From the NCBI GenBank assembly GCA_964597545.1, contig CAZQXN010000001.1:133655-197654 (forward strand): 64,000 bases of DNA, in the 5' to 3' direction. The position numbers were made by a program, and so were the translations under genes. This document shows positions 60,665-64,000 of the stretch, piece after piece; the first letter of the stretch is position 1; each line of letters opens with the position of its first letter. The DNA is from an uncultured Planctomycetia bacterium (GTDB lineage Bacteria > Omnitrophota > Gorgyraeia > 1-14-0-20-64-10). The notes under the pieces are model-generated. The model saw nothing but the letters and a program-made list of their open reading frames with translations. It was not told the origin of the DNA and ran no database searches.

Positions 60665-60770
60665 CTTAAAATCTGCTGTAACGAAATATCCCCGTGGGAG
60701 GGTAATCATCCCCCGGGGATCGCAGTAAGGCTATTGTAGCACCTTTGGGGCAAAAAGACTGTTTTTGGAG

Positions 60771-60862
60771 TGGTGTAGCTTCCTGGACGACTTTAGAACT
60801 TTCTGTAGGGGCCGGGAAGCATCCGGCAAGTTGGCCGAAATAACCCGCGCCTTATTGTGGCA
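60771..60862 (+). repeat. FLDDFR element copy D
   Basis: tgtagcttcctggacgactttaga is identical at 60774 and 62641, and similarity continues for ~90 bp. Confidence 0.85.
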
Positions 60863-60979
60863 CTCCATACCCTATCGACCCGAGCGGACACCGACCCTGT
60901 TAGCCTTAATTGTAGTTAGCTCGTCCCCTTTCATTTTGCTCTTGGGTCAGCTATACTTATTGTATTAAGTCCCAATCCA

Positions 60980-62608
60980 ATGAAAATGCGTAGAACCGCT
61001 CTAAAGATCGTGATGGTTGTCCTGGTGGCCAAGCTTGTCCTGCCCAACCCTGCCTGGGGACTACGAGATTCCATCGAGGATGAAACCCCAGGTGGGTTGG
61101 CAGCTGCTTTTGGAATTACTGCCGCTGGGCTGGAGGAGAATCGGCCGCTGGCGATTAACCGAAAAGCTATTCCGGTTCGAACGGCCGCTTTCTCGTTCGA
61201 GAACCCGGCAGAAATACAGGCGGTTGACCAGAAGTTGGGTGAAGCGGCTAGGTTATTCTCAGAAATCGGGTGGTTTGACCGCCATCCGGAATCATTCCAG
61301 CACACCACCGAGATCTCTGCGCACGGAAAGCGTTCGGGCATTGGAGGGTTGGCTTCTTCTGATCGCCCAGGAGAGCTATGGGTTCGAACTGAAGGCCTTC
61401 CTGTTTTGGAAGTTGTGAATACGCTAGCCCATGAAGATCGGCACAATGCGATCTATGCCGGCGCGCGTTGGGCGCGGATTGTAGAACACGAGGGTGCGAT
61501 TCCGACTCGCTTCGATCACCGCTGGTGCCCGGATGTCAGGCCTTCGGCCAGAGACCTGCTGAACGAGCTGGATGCATACGTGTTTTCCCTCCCCATTTCT
61601 CTTCAGATATGGGAGGCGAAACTGCTACCTGAAACCCCTTTGGCGGTTGAGGAGCTTTTCATGCTGTTGTTCCGGGCCGAGGAGGCAATCCGGCTTCTCG
61701 AGGAAAGCCGAGAAAAGGTCCTGAATGAGGATGGGGCGACGTGGCTGGAAGAATTAAAACCTTTGTGGGCCAGGCGGAGAGAGGCGGTTGAAACCCGTTG
61801 GGATTGGGACTCCGTGATGGCCTCTCTTGCAGGCTCTCAGGAGGAAGCAGTTCGCGCGATTTGGTACTTCCATGTGGGGGAGCTCTGGAAGGCCCGCCCA
61901 AATGAACAAACAGCTTATGAAGCGCTGTTGATCCAAACGCTCGCCAAAGAACGCAACCCGGTTTTCCTGCAGGAGGAAGTAGGCAAACAGCTTTCCCTCC
62001 TGGAAATGCCGGTAAAATTGCAAGAGCTGGTTGAGGCGCGGTATCTTTCGCTGACAGACAAAGGCGTGGAGCATCTTTCCGCTGATGCGTCCCTCATCGA
62101 CCAGCTAAAGGATACCGCTGGACTGGAGGAGGTGGGGCAAATAGTGACATCTCCGGAGGTGCAAGCCGGTCTCAAAGCTGCTGGATGGGCTTCCCTTGGA
62201 GAGGGTCGTTACGTTGTGAATCCCGCTAGACTCCAAGGATCCATTGGGCGACTCACTCTACATGCAGGGCTTGAGGAGCCGGATGGAGTTCCAGAGAACG
62301 CGATGGTTCGCATGGAAGCTGGTTCAGCCTCGGAGATGATCGCTTTCTATCGGGAACATCAACTGGGGCGAAATGACGTCGTCTTGGTCAACATGAAGCT
62401 TGTAACCCCAACAGAGGTGCTTGCTTCACTCCCCCTCAGCACACCATTCGCTGTGCTCGGCTCTACCCCCCAAGAGCGTCTTGCCTTGGGGACTCTCCTG
62501 TTCCTTGCGGAACTTTCCCGTAACATCGGCCCTATCCTACACGCTGACATCCGACCTTTTACCGCAGAGGATGGTCGATCTTACGTTCTGGTTGATATTC
62601 AAGCGTAA
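60980..62608 (+). CDS. 542-aa signal-peptide protein, paralogue of 52244-58597, carrying a HExxH module
   Basis: LPNPAWG|LR leader, AGLEE linkers, LAHEDRH motif and homologous C-terminal domain. Confidence 0.85.
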   Translation: MKMRRTALKIVMVVLVAKLVLPNPAWGLRDSIEDETPGGLAAAFGITAAGLEENRPLAINRKAIPVRTAAFSFENPAEIQAVDQKLGEAARLFSEIGWFDRHPESFQHTTEISAHGKRSGIGGLASSDRPGELWVRTEGLPVLEVVNTLAHEDRHNAIYAGARWARIVEHEGAIPTRFDHRWCPDVRPSARDLLNELDAYVFSLPISLQIWEAKLLPETPLAVEELFMLLFRAEEAIRLLEESREKVLNEDGATWLEELKPLWARRREAVETRWDWDSVMASLAGSQEEAVRAIWYFHVGELWKARPNEQTAYEALLIQTLAKERNPVFLQEEVGKQLSLLEMPVKLQELVEARYLSLTDKGVEHLSADASLIDQLKDTAGLEEVGQIVTSPEVQAGLKAAGWASLGEGRYVVNPARLQGSIGRLTLHAGLEEPDGVPENAMVRMEAGSASEMIAFYREHQLGRNDVVLVNMKLVTPTEVLASLPLSTPFAVLGSTPQERLALGTLLFLAELSRNIGPILHADIRPFTAEDGRSYVLVDIQA

Positions 62609-62640
62609 TCCTTTGCAGGAAAAACAGTTACAGGAAATTA

Positions 62641-62727
62641 TGTAGCTTCCTGGACGACTTTAGAGCTTTTTGTAGGGGGCAAGAGGCTCGTAAGTTGGCT
62701 GAGATAGCCCTATGCTGATTGTAGCAG
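62641..62727 (+). repeat. FLDDFR element copy E
   Basis: Direct repeat of copy D; reads CSFLDDFRAFCRGQEARKLAEI. Confidence 0.85.
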
Positions 62728-62782
62728 ATTGGGTACCATTTCCTACGGCGCCGGGTTCAAAGGTGCAGAGGAAGTGTCCCCA

Positions 62783-63949
62783 TCAGTCTTGTCGGAGTTT
62801 AGGGTTTTTTGAAATCGGGGTCGGTAACTTTAAAACGACCCAATAAGTCGATATGATAAACGTCACAATCGTTGCGACCTGAATCACCATCGCTCCTGCA
62901 GCTGACAAAACCCCAATCGACAAAGCTGAAAATGCGACGAGGAGGGAGAATTCGCTTGATTGTGCCAAGCGGACCGACAGCTCTTTAGACCATTGCGGCG
63001 ATTCTCCTGCTCTTCGAAATGCAAAACCAAATACGTAAGCTTTCAATGGCACTAGAATCGCGCCAAATATGATTGCTGACAGAAGAAGTCTGCGCTCAAG
63101 GAACAAATTCAATTCCGCCCCTACCGCGAAGAAAAAAAGAATCAGAAAGAACTCGCGTAATGGCTTGAGGTGTTCGGCAATGGCAAGTGCGACCGTACAG
63201 GAAGCGATCGATAATCCTGCGACAAAAGCGCCCATCTCATAGGAAAGGCCCAAATAATGAGCGGTTTCTGCCCACAACAAACACCAAGCTAATGTTGCAA
63301 GAAAAGCATACTCCTGAATCACAGCAAAGTTTTTCAGTAGCGGTCTCAAAACAAACTGTACACCTAAAAATGATAAGAAGCAGAGCAATGCAAACTTCCC
63401 TACAAGCATTCCGAATGTGGCTAAAACATACTCACTCTTTTCCCCAGCAATGAATAAGATGACAAGGATGGCCAACATGTCCTGAAAAAGCAGGATGCTC
63501 GTCATTGTTTCGCCCATCGGTTTATAGTGAAGCGTCTTCGTTGGAATCAACTTTAATCCAACGACCGTGCTTGAAAACATCATTGCTGCACCAGAAATCA
63601 ACGAGCTGTGTATATCAAATCCGAGCAATAAGAAAAAAAGGCAAGCTATTCCTCCGAACAGCAGTGATGTGCCAAGGGTAAGGAGCGAAGTCCTGCGGAA
63701 AAGCTTGATCAGCCTTCTTGGATCTAAGTTGAGGCCAATGAGAAAGAGTAGGAGTATTACACCGAAATGAGCTATTTGTTCAATGTGGTCGGTTCTGCGA
63801 ATTAAGCCAAGCCCGTTTGGTCCAAGGGCAATCCCGATTGCAATATAGGCTATAAGAATGGGCTGTTTTGCGTAGAGAAAGAATGTCCCTAGCAAAGCGG
63901 CCCCCACTACGATAGCGCTTAATTCGAATATAATGCTGTCAAGATTCAT
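62783..63949 (-). CDS. CPA2 cation:proton antiporter (KefB-like membrane domain only)
   Basis: GVILLLFLIGL, FSST, LLFQD, LKPLREFF and SEFS motifs. Confidence 0.9.
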   Translation of the reverse strand: MNLDSIIFELSAIVVGAALLGTFFLYAKQPILIAYIAIGIALGPNGLGLIRRTDHIEQIAHFGVILLLFLIGLNLDPRRLIKLFRRTSLLTLGTSLLFGGIACLFFLLLGFDIHSSLISGAAMMFSSTVVGLKLIPTKTLHYKPMGETMTSILLFQDMLAILVILFIAGEKSEYVLATFGMLVGKFALLCFLSFLGVQFVLRPLLKNFAVIQEYAFLATLAWCLLWAETAHYLGLSYEMGAFVAGLSIASCTVALAIAEHLKPLREFFLILFFFAVGAELNLFLERRLLLSAIIFGAILVPLKAYVFGFAFRRAGESPQWSKELSVRLAQSSEFSLLVAFSALSIGVLSAAGAMVIQVATIVTFIISTYWVVLKLPTPISKNPKLRQD

Positions 63950-64000
63950 TTGGTGTAAGGTGGTTGCTGTATCTTGCTACTTTCGACGGTGCTGTGTCGA

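Overview
Chromosomal window from a diderm bacterium (lpxA and a LolA-like gene are present). The large signal-peptide proteins, the pyr operon and the GGGGTCTGACCCC palindromes would fit Candidatus Omnitrophota/PVC, but that assignment is inference only. Left to right: a minus-strand Wzm/Wzt surface-polysaccharide cluster with unusual fused enzymes (1-10.9 kb); an IS481; tRNA-Val and tRNA-Asp followed by two small att-bounded cassettes (FkbM methyltransferase; MNT-HEPN toxin-antitoxin); a solute symporter; an orphan carB; a second glycan-modification cluster (20.7-30.9 kb); an APC-USP transporter, tRNA-Phe and arsC; a PyrR-attenuated pyrimidine operon interleaved with unrelated genes, whose carB appears to start at ATT; lpxA and rsmI; and two paralogous signal-peptide proteins (2117 and 542 aa). 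These two share an N-terminal leader and a ~160-aa C-terminal domain and carry unrelated, normally cytoplasmic enzyme modules separated by a repeated (A/S)G(L/Q)EE linker. This is the best candidate for an undescribed system. The second candidate is a family of five ~60-120 bp 'FLDDFR' elements that bound integrase-less gene cassettes, one of which carries the 542-aa protein. All calls are by eye; no database searches were run.
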